Positions 1-10,900 of a stretch of 64,000 nt of DNA are shown in pieces; within the stretch, counting starts at the first letter, position 1, and each line of letters opens with the position of its first letter. This DNA is from Rhodoglobus sp. (GTDB lineage Bacteria; Actinomycetota; Actinomycetes; Actinomycetales; Microbacteriaceae), in NCBI GenBank assembly GCA_965279605.1, contig CBDIIE010000014.1, positions 95,165-159,164 of the forward strand, given 5' to 3'. The notes under the pieces were generated by a model. The model was not told the DNA's origin. It saw only the letters and a list, made by a program, of their open reading frames with translations, and did not search any database. A program made the translations under genes and the position numbers.

Positions 1-9
1 CCGGGGACG

Positions 10-37
10 AAAAACGCGCCCATTCGGACGCGTTTTT
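10..37 (-). terminator. Intrinsic terminator downstream of erpA (possibly bidirectional)
   Basis: AAAAACGCG...CGCGTTTTT hairpin with A/T tracts on both sides, about 20 nt after the erpA stop. Confidence 0.8.
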
Positions 38-55
38 CTTGAAGCTGCCTGATGA

Positions 56-406
56 CTAGTGGAAGCTGTCCCCACAGGCGCAGGAACCCTGCGCGTTGGG
101 ATTGTCGATCGTGAAACCCTGCTTCTGGATCGTGTCTTCAAAGTCGATCATTGCCCCGTCGAGGTACGGAACGCTCATCTTGTCGACAACTACCTCGACG
201 CCCTCGCCGAACTCGACCGCAGCGTCACCGTCGAGCATGCGCTCGTCAAAGTAGAGCTGATAGATCAGTCCCGAGCATCCGCCCGGCTGAACAGCGAGCC
301 GAAGGCGAAGATCGTCGCGGCCCTCCTGGTTGAGCAGGGTGCGGACCTTGGTGGCCGCGGCCTCCGTGAGGCCCACGCCATGGGTTGCGGTGGCGGTATC
401 TGTCAT
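56..406 (-). CDS. erpA: Fe-S cluster insertion protein, HesB/IscA/ErpA family
   Basis: GGCSG and CACGDSF motifs; ATG at 406 lies 7 nt after a TAGAAT -10 (alternative start 415). Confidence 0.92.
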   Translation of the reverse strand: MTDTATATHGVGLTEAAATKVRTLLNQEGRDDLRLRLAVQPGGCSGLIYQLYFDERMLDGDAAVEFGEGVEVVVDKMSVPYLDGAMIDFEDTIQKQGFTIDNPNAQGSCACGDSFH

Positions 407-416
407 GTCATCCATT

Positions 417-1814
417 CTACGCGCGGCCCTCGAGCTTTGCGAGCAACACGGCCTCGGTAAGGATCGCGCGGTGGAAGACGCCCAAATGAAGCGACTCGTT
501 GGGGCTGTGCGCTCGTGAGTCGGGGTCTTCGACGCCCGTGATGAGGATCTGAGCCTCCGGGAACACCGTTACCAGGTCAGAAATGAACGGAACCGACCCG
601 CCAATTCCCGTCTCCACGGCGGCACGCCCCCAGGCCTGGTGCATCGCATCCTTCGCTTCGGCTACCGCCCACCCTGTTGTGTCGACCAGGAACGGGTTGC
701 CTCGATCAACATCACTGATCTCGACGTGTGCGCCAAACGGCGCGTGCGCTGTCAGGTGCGACTCAAGGGCACGGTAGGCGTCATCGGCGGTCTGTCCCGG
801 AGCAATACGAGCGCTGACCTTGACCGTCACGCTCGGCACCAGGGTGTTGGATGCGTTAACCACACTGGGCGCGTCGATTCCGGTAATGGTGATGGCGGGC
901 TGGTCCCACAGCCGGCTCAGGACAGGTCCATGACCAATCGGGCGGACGCCGTCGAGCAGGGCCGCCTCCTCGGTAAGCCGTTCCTCGGAGTAGTCGGGGG
1001 TTGTCGCGTCGCGCGACGTCAGGCCCGCGACGGCAACCGAGCCATCCTCGGCATGGAGCGATGCCAGCAACCTGATCATCGCCAGCATCGCATCGGGCGC
1101 CGCTCCCCCGAACATTCCGGAATGGCTCGCGTGTTCCAGCGTGGAGACCGTCAGCTTGAAGGTGACATTGCCACGCAGGCCGACCGTGAGGGACGGCGTC
1201 TCGGTGTCCCAGTTGTCCGAGTCGGCGACAACGATGACGTCGGCGGCGAGGTCCTCGCGGTGTTGCACGATGAAGTTCGCGAACGAGCGAGACCCGAACT
1301 CCTCCTCCCCCTCGATATATGCGACGAGACCGAGATCGAAGTCCGTGCCCACGACATCAACAAAGGCACGAATCGCCGCGACATGCGCCATAACTCCGGC
1401 CTTGTCATCCGCGGCGCCCCGCCCGTACAGGCGGTCGCCACGCACCGTGGGCTCGAACGGGGAGGATTCCCAGTCGGCATCCTGCCCGGGAGGCTGGACG
1501 TCGTGGTGGGCATAGAGGAGGATCGTGGGCTTTCCATTGCGAGCCGCACGGGTTGCAAGAACTGCGGGTTGCCCTGTCCGTTCCGCATCGATAGGTGCGG
1601 TCGACACCACGACCGAGTCGAAGACCCCCAACGCCTCGAGGAGGGCACGCACCTCGTTCGCGCTGGCAGCGACGTAAGCGGGATCGAAGCCGTCCCAGGA
1701 CACGGACGGGATGCGCACGAGCGTGCCCAGATCGGAGATCGCCGAGGGCAAGCCGGACTGCACGGACTCGCGTAGTTCGGCGAGGAGGGGATGCGACTGC
1801 GGTGTTTCGGTCAT
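417..1814 (-). CDS. M20/M25/M40 family dipeptidase
   Basis: HHDVQP, GAADDKAG, EGEEE and HSPNE motifs; true start is MTETPQ at 1814 inside the longer 417..2477 ORF. Confidence 0.9.
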   Translation of the reverse strand: MTETPQSHPLLAELRESVQSGLPSAISDLGTLVRIPSVSWDGFDPAYVAASANEVRALLEALGVFDSVVVSTAPIDAERTGQPAVLATRAARNGKPTILLYAHHDVQPPGQDADWESSPFEPTVRGDRLYGRGAADDKAGVMAHVAAIRAFVDVVGTDFDLGLVAYIEGEEEFGSRSFANFIVQHREDLAADVIVVADSDNWDTETPSLTVGLRGNVTFKLTVSTLEHASHSGMFGGAAPDAMLAMIRLLASLHAEDGSVAVAGLTSRDATTPDYSEERLTEEAALLDGVRPIGHGPVLSRLWDQPAITITGIDAPSVVNASNTLVPSVTVKVSARIAPGQTADDAYRALESHLTAHAPFGAHVEISDVDRGNPFLVDTTGWAVAEAKDAMHQAWGRAAVETGIGGSVPFISDLVTVFPEAQILITGVEDPDSRAHSPNESLHLGVFHRAILTEAVLLAKLEGRA

Positions 1815-1853
1815 GCGAGTAATCTTAAGCAGACACCCAACGCGAGGACTCCC

Positions 1854-2426
1854 GTGGCCAAGACACCCCCCACCGACAGCTCGACCGTCGAGACCGCTCC
1901 CGAAGCGGCTCCGACCGGCAAGGGACGCCCCACGCCCACGCGGCGAGAGAAGGAAGAGGCGCGCAAGCGCCCGCTCGTGTCCAACGACCGTGCGGAGGCG
2001 CGTCGGCAGGCGCGTGCTCAGGCCCAGGCCCAGCGCGACAAGGCTCGTATTGGTCTCGCGAACGGAGACGAGAAGTACCTCCCCCTTCGCGACCGTGGTC
2101 CCCAGAAGCGGTTCGTTCGTGACTACGTCGACGCGCGTTTCAGCTTTGGGGAGTTGCTTATCCCCCTGATGTTCCTGGTGATCATCCTGACCTTCTTCCC
2201 GCAGGTTGAGGTGCAGTACATCGGCATCGTGGCACTGTGGGCGTTTTTTATTGTGGCCGCGGGCGACGCGATCCTGCTCGGGTTCCTGGTGACCCGCAAG
2301 CTCAGGGCTAAGTTCGGCGACGACCGGGTGGAGAAGGTGCGGTGGTACGCGGCGATGCGCGCCCTTCAGCTGCGGATGATGCGCCTCCCCAAGCCACAGG
2401 TGAAGCGCGGGCAGTTCCCGAGCTAG
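1854..2426 (+). CDS. DUF3043 membrane protein
   Basis: KGRPTPTRRE N-terminus, YLPLRDRGPQKRFVRDYVD, two TM helices, RLPKPQVKRG end; GTG start inferred. Confidence 0.85.
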   Translation: MAKTPPTDSSTVETAPEAAPTGKGRPTPTRREKEEARKRPLVSNDRAEARRQARAQAQAQRDKARIGLANGDEKYLPLRDRGPQKRFVRDYVDARFSFGELLIPLMFLVIILTFFPQVEVQYIGIVALWAFFIVAAGDAILLGFLVTRKLRAKFGDDRVEKVRWYAAMRALQLRMMRLPKPQVKRGQFPS

Positions 2427-2500
2427 TACGACCGCGGGAGTAGTGAAGGTCACTCCCCCGGGCCGACGTAATGGCACAACAAAGTGGTCATGCTGGCACC

Positions 2501-3217
2501 ATGACCTCAGTTCTCACTACTCGAGATCTCACGAAGCGTTACGGTTCGGGCTCAACGAGCTTTGATGCGCTTCGCGGAATCACCCTGGACATCAACGAGG
2601 GCGACTCGGTCGCCATTGTCGGCAAGAGTGGGTCGGGCAAGTCGACCCTGATGCACGTGATGGCTTTGCTGGATCCGCCAACAAGCGGCGAGCTCATCGT
2701 GGCCGGCGAGAACGCACGAACGCTGAGCGGTGCACGCCTGAATGCGCTACGCAACCGCACGTTCGGTTTTGTGTTCCAGCAGTTCTTTTTGACGCCAACC
2801 GCGTCGGTGCTCGAGAACGTGATGTTGCCCCTGACCATCGCGGGAGTGCGGCCGGCTGAGCGCCGGCGGCGTGCGATGGAGGCGCTGGAGCGCCTGGAGC
2901 TCGCTGACAAGGCAAAAAACCGGGCGACCGATCTGTCCGGTGGTCAGAAGCAGCGTGTGGTCATCGCACGCGCGCTCGTCAACAATCCTCGAATCATCTT
3001 CGCCGACGAACCGACGGGCAACCTCGACTCGGCCACCGGTGCACTCGTCGAGGACATGCTCTTCGACCTCAATGCGTCGAACGGAATCACCCTCGTAGTT
3101 GTGACCCACGACGACGATCTTGCCGCGCGGGCGTCCCGTCAGGTGTACCTGCGCGATGGCCTTGTGGTGGCGGCGGACGAGGCCCACTCCCTGACTGGGG
3201 CGGGGGCACGCGCATGA
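2501..3217 (+). CDS. ABC transporter ATP-binding protein (LolD/MacB-like)
   Basis: Walker A GKSGSGKS, LSGGQKQR signature, FADEPTGNLD, H-loop VTHD; start follows CATGCT-N6. Confidence 0.92.
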   Translation: MTSVLTTRDLTKRYGSGSTSFDALRGITLDINEGDSVAIVGKSGSGKSTLMHVMALLDPPTSGELIVAGENARTLSGARLNALRNRTFGFVFQQFFLTPTASVLENVMLPLTIAGVRPAERRRRAMEALERLELADKAKNRATDLSGGQKQRVVIARALVNNPRIIFADEPTGNLDSATGALVEDMLFDLNASNGITLVVVTHDDDLAARASRQVYLRDGLVVAADEAHSLTGAGARA

Positions 3218-4506
3218 GAGCCGTCGACATTGTCCGGACCGCTATCGGCAATTCCTTCCGCAGCAGGCTGCGTACCACGCTGACCGTGATCGCGATCTTT
3301 ATTGGCGCGTTCACCCTCACCATCACCAATGGCCTTGGCACGGGAATCAACAACTACATAGACAACCAGATCGCCTCGATCGGCGCTCCGGACGTGATGA
3401 GTGTCACCAAGCCAACCGAGGTGGTCGAGGAATCTGACGGGCCCACTCCCTACGATCCTGACGCCGCCACCGAGGTGGCCTCGGGTACGGGACAGCCCGG
3501 CGCAACGGTCCTCGCGATGACGGACGACGACCTCGACACCATCGCCGATATCGATGGTGTCCTGTCGGTGGAGCCGGTGGTTTCCGTTGTTCCCGACTAC
3601 GTCGAGTGGCAGGACAACGGAAAGTTCGAGCTCGCCCTCAACCCGCTCAGCGCCGGGGTTCGTACTGAGCTCGCCGCGGGCGAGGGCTTCACCGATGGTG
3701 ACGCCTTCGAGATCATCCTGCCCACCAGCTACGTGGACGCGCTCGGTTTCTCGAGCTACGAGGATGCAATCGGGCAGACGGTCACCATTGCCATTACGGA
3801 TGCCGTGCGCGATCAGCACCTGGTCGAGGCAACGGTCGTGGGCCTGCAGGAGCCCACGCTGTTCGGAACGAATGCGACCTTGGGAGCTTCCCTACGGACG
3901 GCGTTGTACGACGCTCAGAGCACGGGGCTCCCCGAGGGGTCGACAACGGGCTATGCGCTCGCCACCGTTCGTTTTGACCCGAACTCGACGCCCGAGCAGG
4001 TCGCAGCCCTGAAGTCGGCTCTCGAGGATGCCGGCTTTGCGGGCACCACCGTCGCCGACCAGATCGGAACCTTCCAGACGGTAATCGATGGAATCATCCT
4101 CGTGCTCAACGCGTTCGCGGTGATCGCCCTCCTGGCTGCAGGATTTGGCATCATCAATACCCTTCTCATGAGTGTCCAGGAGCGCACGCGGGAGATTGGC
4201 CTGATGAAGGCGATGGGCATGAGTCGGCCACGTATATTCGCGTTGTTCAGCACGGAGGCCGTGTTCATCGGCTTCTTGGGCAGCGCGATTGGAGCGCTCG
4301 TCGGGATCGCTCTCGGATCGGTGATCAGCTCGGTGCTCTCGCAGACGCTTCTCTCCGATCTTGTGGGGCTCCAGATCATTGCGTTTGACCCGATCTCCAT
4401 CGCAGGTGTTCTGCTGCTGGTCATGGGGATCGCGTTGGTAGCGGCGGTGCTGCCCGCATCGCGGGCCGCGCGCCAGAGTCCGATTGACTCGCTGCGCTAC
4501 GAGTAG
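3214..4506 (+). CDS. ABC transporter permease (FtsX/MacB family)
   Basis: N-terminal TM, large extracellular domain, SVQERTREIGLMKAMG motif, three C-terminal TMs; ATGA overlap with the ATPase. Confidence 0.9.
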   Translation: MRAVDIVRTAIGNSFRSRLRTTLTVIAIFIGAFTLTITNGLGTGINNYIDNQIASIGAPDVMSVTKPTEVVEESDGPTPYDPDAATEVASGTGQPGATVLAMTDDDLDTIADIDGVLSVEPVVSVVPDYVEWQDNGKFELALNPLSAGVRTELAAGEGFTDGDAFEIILPTSYVDALGFSSYEDAIGQTVTIAITDAVRDQHLVEATVVGLQEPTLFGTNATLGASLRTALYDAQSTGLPEGSTTGYALATVRFDPNSTPEQVAALKSALEDAGFAGTTVADQIGTFQTVIDGIILVLNAFAVIALLAAGFGIINTLLMSVQERTREIGLMKAMGMSRPRIFALFSTEAVFIGFLGSAIGALVGIALGSVISSVLSQTLLSDLVGLQIIAFDPISIAGVLLLVMGIALVAAVLPASRAARQSPIDSLRYE

Positions 4507-4510
4507 CTCA

Positions 4511-5541
4511 CTAGGGGCGCGTCAGGTCGGCCAATCCACGGTTGATCTGCCGCGCCCATAGCGGCCCCTCATAGAGGAACGCGGTGTAGCCCTGCACGAG
4601 GGTGGCGCCGTCGGCGAGACGGGCAGCAACATCCTCGGCCGTCTCCACTCCGCCCACGGAGATGACACAGAAATCGGCCGGCACAATCCCTCGGATGAGA
4701 CGAAGGAGCTCACGTGATCGCGCCGCCACCGGCGGCCCGGAGAGCCCACCGGCGCCCGCAGCGGCAACGACTGCGGCATCGGTCGTGAGCCCCTCACGAG
4801 ACAGAGTGGTGTTGGTGGCAATGATCCCGTCGAGCGTGTCGACGGCCAAGCCCGCGATCAGACGCACCTCGTCGTCGGTCAGGTCAGGGGCAATCTTGAC
4901 CAGCACCGGTGTCGCACCCGCCGCACCCTTGACCGCGACCAGGAGCGGCGCGAGCTTCTCGAGTTCCTGGAGGCCACGGAGCCCCGGGGTGTTGGGAGAA
5001 CTCACGTTGACCACGAGGTAGTCGGCGAGAGGGGAAAGAGCCCGGGTGCTCTCGAGGTAGTCGGGGATCGCGGCATCCACGTCGACCACTCGCGATTTGC
5101 CGATGTTGATTCCCACAACGGGTCGCCTGAGCTTGCGAACCGCACGGGCAATCACGTCACGAGGCCGCCTCGGCGCCGTGGTTGTTGAACCCCATGCGGT
5201 TGATGACCGCGCGGTCCTCGACCAGACGGAACAGCCGCGGCTTCTCGTTCCCGGGCTGTGGGATCGCAGTGATCGTCCCCACCTCAACGTGGCCAAAACC
5301 CAGTTGACCAAGGCCACGGATGCCGGTGCCCTCCTTGTCAAAGCCGGCGGCGAGCCCAAACGGCGACGGAAATACCAGGCCAAGCGTTTCCACGGCCAGC
5401 CGCGGATCGGGGCGGGTAAATCGCGCCACAAGTCGGCCAACACCCAGAATCGGCCAATGCCCGAATCACGGCAAAGGCGAGTCCGTGCGCACGCTCGGGA
5501 TCAAAGCGGGAGAGGACCAGGCGAAAGAGTAGTCGGTACAT
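4511..5541 (-). pseudogene. pyrD: Quinone-dependent dihydroorotate dehydrogenase, frameshifted twice as written (probably sequence error)
   Basis: [26 protein letters not shown] and NVSSPNTPG/NTT motifs lie in three different frames; shifts near 5455 and 5160. Confidence 0.88.
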
Positions 5542-5564
5542 GCTCCAGCAAGGCTATCGCCCGC

Positions 5565-6035
5565 TCAGGCCGTGGGTGTTTCGCTGTTCTGGTGGTCGAC
5601 CCGAAGGAGGGTGATGGCCGCTTCGAAGTCCTCGAGCGAGTCAAAACCCTGATAAACGCTGGCGAACCGGAGGTAGGCCACCTCATCGAGTTCACGCAGC
5701 GGGGTCAGGATCGCGAGGCCGATGTCGTTGGCTTCGATCTGCGCGGCACCCGTCGCGCGGATGGTCTCCTCGACGCGCTGCGCGAGCACGGCAAGATCCG
5801 TATCCGTGACCGGGCGCCCCTGGCAGGCCTTGCGAACACCAGCGACAATCTTCTCGCGGCTGAACGGCTCGACGACGCCGTTGCGCTTGATCACGCTCAG
5901 ACTCGCGGTCTCCGTCGTAGAAAAACGGCGACCACACTCGGGGCACTGTCGGCGCCGACGAATGGACAACCCGTCGTCGCTCGTCCTGGAGTCGATGACA
6001 CGACTGTCTGGGTGCCTGCAGAAGGGGCAAAACAT
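5565..6035 (-). CDS. nrdR: Transcriptional repressor NrdR
   Basis: MFCPFC...DSR...[15 protein letters not shown] zinc ribbon, ATP cone, [10 protein letters not shown]. Confidence 0.96.
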   Translation of the reverse strand: MFCPFCRHPDSRVIDSRTSDDGLSIRRRRQCPECGRRFSTTETASLSVIKRNGVVEPFSREKIVAGVRKACQGRPVTDTDLAVLAQRVEETIRATGAAQIEANDIGLAILTPLRELDEVAYLRFASVYQGFDSLEDFEAAITLLRVDHQNSETPTA

Positions 6036-6054
6036 GGTGCCCCCAGAATACGCC

Positions 6055-7363
6055 CTACTTCTCGAAGCGTGCGGTGACCGCGGCGCCGTGGGCAGGCAGG
6101 TCCTCGGCCGTGCTGAGTGCCACAATACGCTCCTCGACGGCCCGGAGTGCCTCGCGGTCGTAGCTGATGATCTGCTGGGGGCGAAGGAAGGTGTACGCAC
6201 CCAGGCCCGATGAGAATCGTGACTGGCCCCCGGTGGGAAGCACGTGGTTTGACCCGGCGAGGTAGTCGCCCAGACTCACCGGCGAGTAGGCACCGAGGAA
6301 GATGGCACCCGCGTTGTCGATGTGGTCAAGGGTCGCGCCCGGATTGGCGACCTGAATCTCGAGGTGCTCGGGTCCGTAGGCATTGCTGAACGCCACCGCG
6401 GCATCCAGGTCCGCGACGAGGACGATGGCTGACTGCTGCGCCGTGAGGGAGACCTGAACGCGGTCGTGGTGGTGGGTGGCCCGAGCCAGACGTTCCACCT
6501 CCGCGTCGACCGCGGCTGCGAGTTCTGGCGAGTCGGTCACGAGTACGGCGGCCGCGAGCTCGTCGTGTTCGGCCTGGCTGACGAGATCCGCGGCCACGAG
6601 CCGCGCATCTGCGGATGCGTCGGCAATCACCAGAATCTCGGTGGGACCGGCCTCGGAGTCAATTCCCGTAGCACCACGGACCAGTCGTTTGGCCGCCGCC
6701 ACGTACACGTTCCCCGGACCAGTAATGACGTCCACGGGCTCAAGGTCGAGGTCGGGAACTCCCATGGACAGTGCTCCGATGGCGCCAGCGCCACCCATGG
6801 CGTAGACCTCCTCGATGCCCAAGAGGCCCGCCGCGCCGAGGATCGTGGGATGCACGGCGCCATCGAACGCACGCTGGGGCGGTGACGCCAACGCAATCGA
6901 TGCGACACCAGCCACCTGTGCCGGGACCACGTTCATCACGACGCTCGACGGGTAAACCGCCTTGCCACCCGGGACGTACAGGCCCACGCGCGTGACGGGC
7001 TGCCAGCGCTGGATCACACGCGCGCCCTCGCCGAGCTCGGTAATGGACCCCTGTGGGACCTGCGCTTCGGTGGCGGTGGTCACTCGTGCGATCGCCCTCT
7101 TCGAGGGACTCCCGGACCTGGGGCGCCAGGGCTCGCACGGCACCGGAGATCTCATCGGCGTGCACCCGCACGTGGCGCGGCCGAACTCCGTCAAGCCGCT
7201 CGGCCTGCTCGAGAAGGGCGAGCGAGCCACGAACGCGCACATCCTCAATCAGTTGCGAGGCCGTCTCGACGGCCGTCGACACGTCGACACTCGCCCGAGG
7301 AACAAGGGTGCCCAGCTCTGCGCGGGTGGGCTGCACGTGGCGGAGGTCGATCGATCTCATCAT
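6055..7363 (-). pseudogene. hisD: Histidinol dehydrogenase, one frameshift as written (probably sequence error)
   Basis: [30 protein letters not shown] and NHVLPT motifs; N-terminal part in another frame, shift at about 7095-7097. Confidence 0.92.
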
Positions 7364-7430
7364 GACTTCACCATGCTAGTTCGTGCCGATGAGGGAATAC
7401 TTCGGCCACTGCCATGATTGACAGCGACGT

Positions 7431-7961
7431 ATGGACAACTCACTCACGCCTCTCCCCCATCCCGGCCTCGAGGCATTCAGACAGGCGTTTCGCCGTCACG
7501 CCGCAGGAGTGGCGATTGTGACCTCGCTGGCACCGACTGGTGACCCCGTGGGCTTCACAGCTACGTCACTGGCCTCCCTTGCCGCAGACCCACCACTGGC
7601 GACCTTCAACATGGCGCGCGTCTCGAGCGCGTGGCCAGCGATGACGGTGGGCAACCGGGTGATGGTGCACATGTTGGGCCCACGAACTCGACACCACGCC
7701 GTTCGAATGGCCGCGGATAATGCCGTGCGGTTCGATGCGGACACGTGGAGCCCCGGCCCCCACGGCCTGCCGCTCCTTCACGAGGTGACCGCGTGGATGA
7801 TCGGGCGGATCGTGGAGGTCATTCCGGTGCACAAGAACGCCATCGTTGCCATCGAGATCGAATCGGGAGGGTTGGGGCCCGAGGACCATGCCCTGCTCTA
7901 CCACGAGCGCCAGTACCACCGGCCGCACGTCATCGACGGTGACGTGGACGAATCCTCCTAG
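7431..7961 (+). CDS. Flavin reductase family protein
   Basis: FRQAFRRHAAGVAIVT...GFTATSLASL, LLYHERQY. Confidence 0.85.
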   Translation: MDNSLTPLPHPGLEAFRQAFRRHAAGVAIVTSLAPTGDPVGFTATSLASLAADPPLATFNMARVSSAWPAMTVGNRVMVHMLGPRTRHHAVRMAADNAVRFDADTWSPGPHGLPLLHEVTAWMIGRIVEVIPVHKNAIVAIEIESGGLGPEDHALLYHERQYHRPHVIDGDVDESS

Positions 7962-10900
7962 CCCAGACAGGACGGGCCGAGCAGGCTCTTGAGCTCCCCG
8001 TACAGGTCCGCGGACACGGTGACCGGGTACGGAATCTCGAACACCCGCGCGCTGTCCCCTCGGATCAGCCGAAGTCGCACCTCGTTGTCGCCCGCGTGCC
8101 TGATCAGCACATCGTTGAGCGCCGAGATGACCTCCGTTGTCGCACGCTGCTCCTGCACAGAGATCACCAGCGGGCCGGAGCCAAGGCTCGGACCGGTGTC
8201 GGGGGTGAACATACTGACCGCGTGCAGGTTCATGCCGTCGTCTCGCACGCTCACCCGGCCCCGCACAACAACGATCGAGTCGTTCGTGAGCGCGGGCGAG
8301 AACTCCTGATAAGTCTTGCCGAGGAACATCACGCTGATCTCGCCGGCGAAGTCCTCGACCGTGACAATTCCATACTGGTTGCCGGAATTGCGGGCCACAC
8401 GGTGCTGCACGCTGGTGACCAGGCCCGCGATGGTGACGTGCTCGCCGTCCTGGGCCACGTCACCCCCAAGAATCTCCGTAATCGACGCACTGGCATGTTT
8501 CGCCAGCTGTATCTCTAGTCCCGCGAGCGGATGATCCGAGACATACAACCCCAGCATCTCTCGCTCGAACGCGAGCTTGTCGCGCTTGGCCCACTCGGGG
8601 CGCTCTGGGATGTGATCAACTGCCTCTGGCTCGTCCCACAGGCTGTCGAAGTCAAACCCCACCTGACCGTTGGCTTCGTTGCGCTTGACGCTAACCGCGG
8701 AGTCGACCGCGTCCTCGTGGATCTCGAGCATTGCCCGGCGCGTCGCTCCCAATGAGTCAAAGGCACCCGCCTTGATCAGGGATTCGATCGTGCGCTTGTT
8801 GGCGACCTGGATGGGAACCTTCCGCAGGAAGTCGTGGAAGGACGTAAAACGCCCCTTCTCCTCCCGTGCCCGGGCAATAAGCTCCACTACAGCGGCACCC
8901 ACGTTGCGGACGGCGCCCAACCCGAACCTGACGTCGCCGCCGACGGCGGTGAAGTCCACACTCGACTCGTTGACGTCCGGTGCAAGAACCTTGATTCCCA
9001 TCCGACGGCACTCGCTCAGGTACATTCCCAGCTTGTCCTTGGAGTCCCCCACGCTGGTCAGGAGCGCCGCCATGTACTCGGCTGGATGATTGGCCTTGAG
9101 GTAGGCGGTCCAGTAGCTCAGGACGCCGTACCCGGCACTGTGAGCCTTGTTAAAGGCGTAGTCGGCGAACGGCATGAGGGTGTCCCAGAGCACCTTCACG
9201 GCCTGCTTGCTGTAGCCGTTTGCGAGCATCCCCGCCTCGAAGTCGGCGAACTGCTTGTCGAGTTCTGCCTTCTTCTTTTTGCCCATGGCGCGCCGGAGCA
9301 CGTCGGCCTGTCCCAGAGTGAAGCCCGCCACCTTCTGGGCGACACTCATCACCTGCTCCTGGTAGACGATGAGACCAAACGTCGTGTCGAGGATGTCACG
9401 CAGTGCGTCCTCGAGCTCGGGGTGAATCGAGTCGACCTGCTGCAGCCCGTTTTTGCGGAGCGCGTAGTTCGTGTGGGAGTTCATTCCCATGGGACCCGGG
9501 CGATAGAGAGCGATAACGGCCGAGATGTCTTCGAAGTTGGTCGGCTTCAGCTGCTTGAGCAGCGCACGCATCGGTCCACCATCAAGCTGGAACACGCCGA
9601 GAGTGTCCCCTCGCGCGAGCAGATCGTAGGTTGCCTGGTCCGCGTCAAGGTCGAGCTCTTCGATCTTGAGGGGTGTGCCCGTGTTCGCCGCGATCATCCG
9701 CAGGGCATCTTCGATGACGGTGAGGTTGCGCAGGCCCAGGAAGTCCATCTTGAGGAGACCCAGGTCCTCGAGCGGAGGCTGGTCAAACTGCGTGATGATC
9801 GCGCCGTCGTCCTCGCGCTTCATGATGGGAAGCACGTCAATGAGCGGCTCGGCGGACATGAGGACACCGGCCGCGTGGACACCCCACTGGCGCTTCAGAT
9901 TCTCGATGCCCTTCGCGGTTTCAAAGACCCGCGCGGACTCGGGATCCGTGTCAACAAGTGCACGAAGGTCTGCGGCCTCCTTGTAGCGATCGGCATCCTT
10001 GTTGTGGACGTCACTGAGCGAGATGTCCTTGCCCATGATGGGCGGCGGCATCGCCTTGGTGAGCTTCTCGCCGACGGAGTACGGCATCCCAAGAACACGC
10101 GCCGAGTCCTTAAGCGCCTGCTTGGCCTTGATGGTTCCGTACGTGACGATCTGGGCGACACGATCCTCGCCGTACTTGTCCGTCACGTACCGGATGACCT
10201 CGGGACGACGACGGTCGTCGAAGTCGACGTCAACGTCGGGCATGGAGACACGCTCGGGGTTGAGGAACCGCTCGAAGATCAGGCCGTGGGCGAGTGGGTC
10301 AAGCTCCGTGATTCCCATGGCGTAGGAGGCCATCGACCCGGCGGCAGAACCACGACCCGGGCCCACCCGGATGCCCTGACTCTTCGCCCACGAGATGAAG
10401 TCGGCCACGACGAGAAAGTAGCCGGGGAACCCCATCTGGGTGATGACGTTGACCTCGTACTCCGCCTGCGCGCGGTGGGCGTCATCAACACCGCCCGGGA
10501 ATCGACGTTCCATGCCCGCCGCGACTTCCTTGGCGAACCACGACGCCTCCGTCTCACCCTCGGGAACGGGGAACCGTGGCATGAGGTCACGCTTGATGAA
10601 CGAGATGTCGCAACGTTCCGCGATCAGCAACGTGTTGTCACACGCCTCGGGGTGATCGCGAAAGATCCCCCGCATTTCCGCCGCGGTCTTCAGGTAGTAC
10701 CCCTCGCCGTCGAACTTGAAGCGGTTGGGGTCGTCGAGGGTCGATCCGGACTGCACGCACAGGAGCGCCGCGTGGGCGCCTGCGTCGTGCGCGTGCGTGT
10801 AGTGGAGGTCGTTGGTCGCGACGAGTGGCATCCCCAGCTCGCCCGCCAGCCGAAGCAGATCGGACATCGTCCGTCGCTCAATCTGGGTGCCGTGATCCAT

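Noticed and set aside
2455-2468. CCCCCGGGCCGA(C/T)G shared with 59799-59812 as a common operator
   Set aside because: Almost all G/C, so plausible by chance at this composition, and spacing to the -10 differs (20 versus 7 nt)
1815-2477. N-terminal extension of the 686-aa ORF 417..2477
   Set aside because: It is the antisense of the DUF3043 gene; the M20 peptidase begins at 1814
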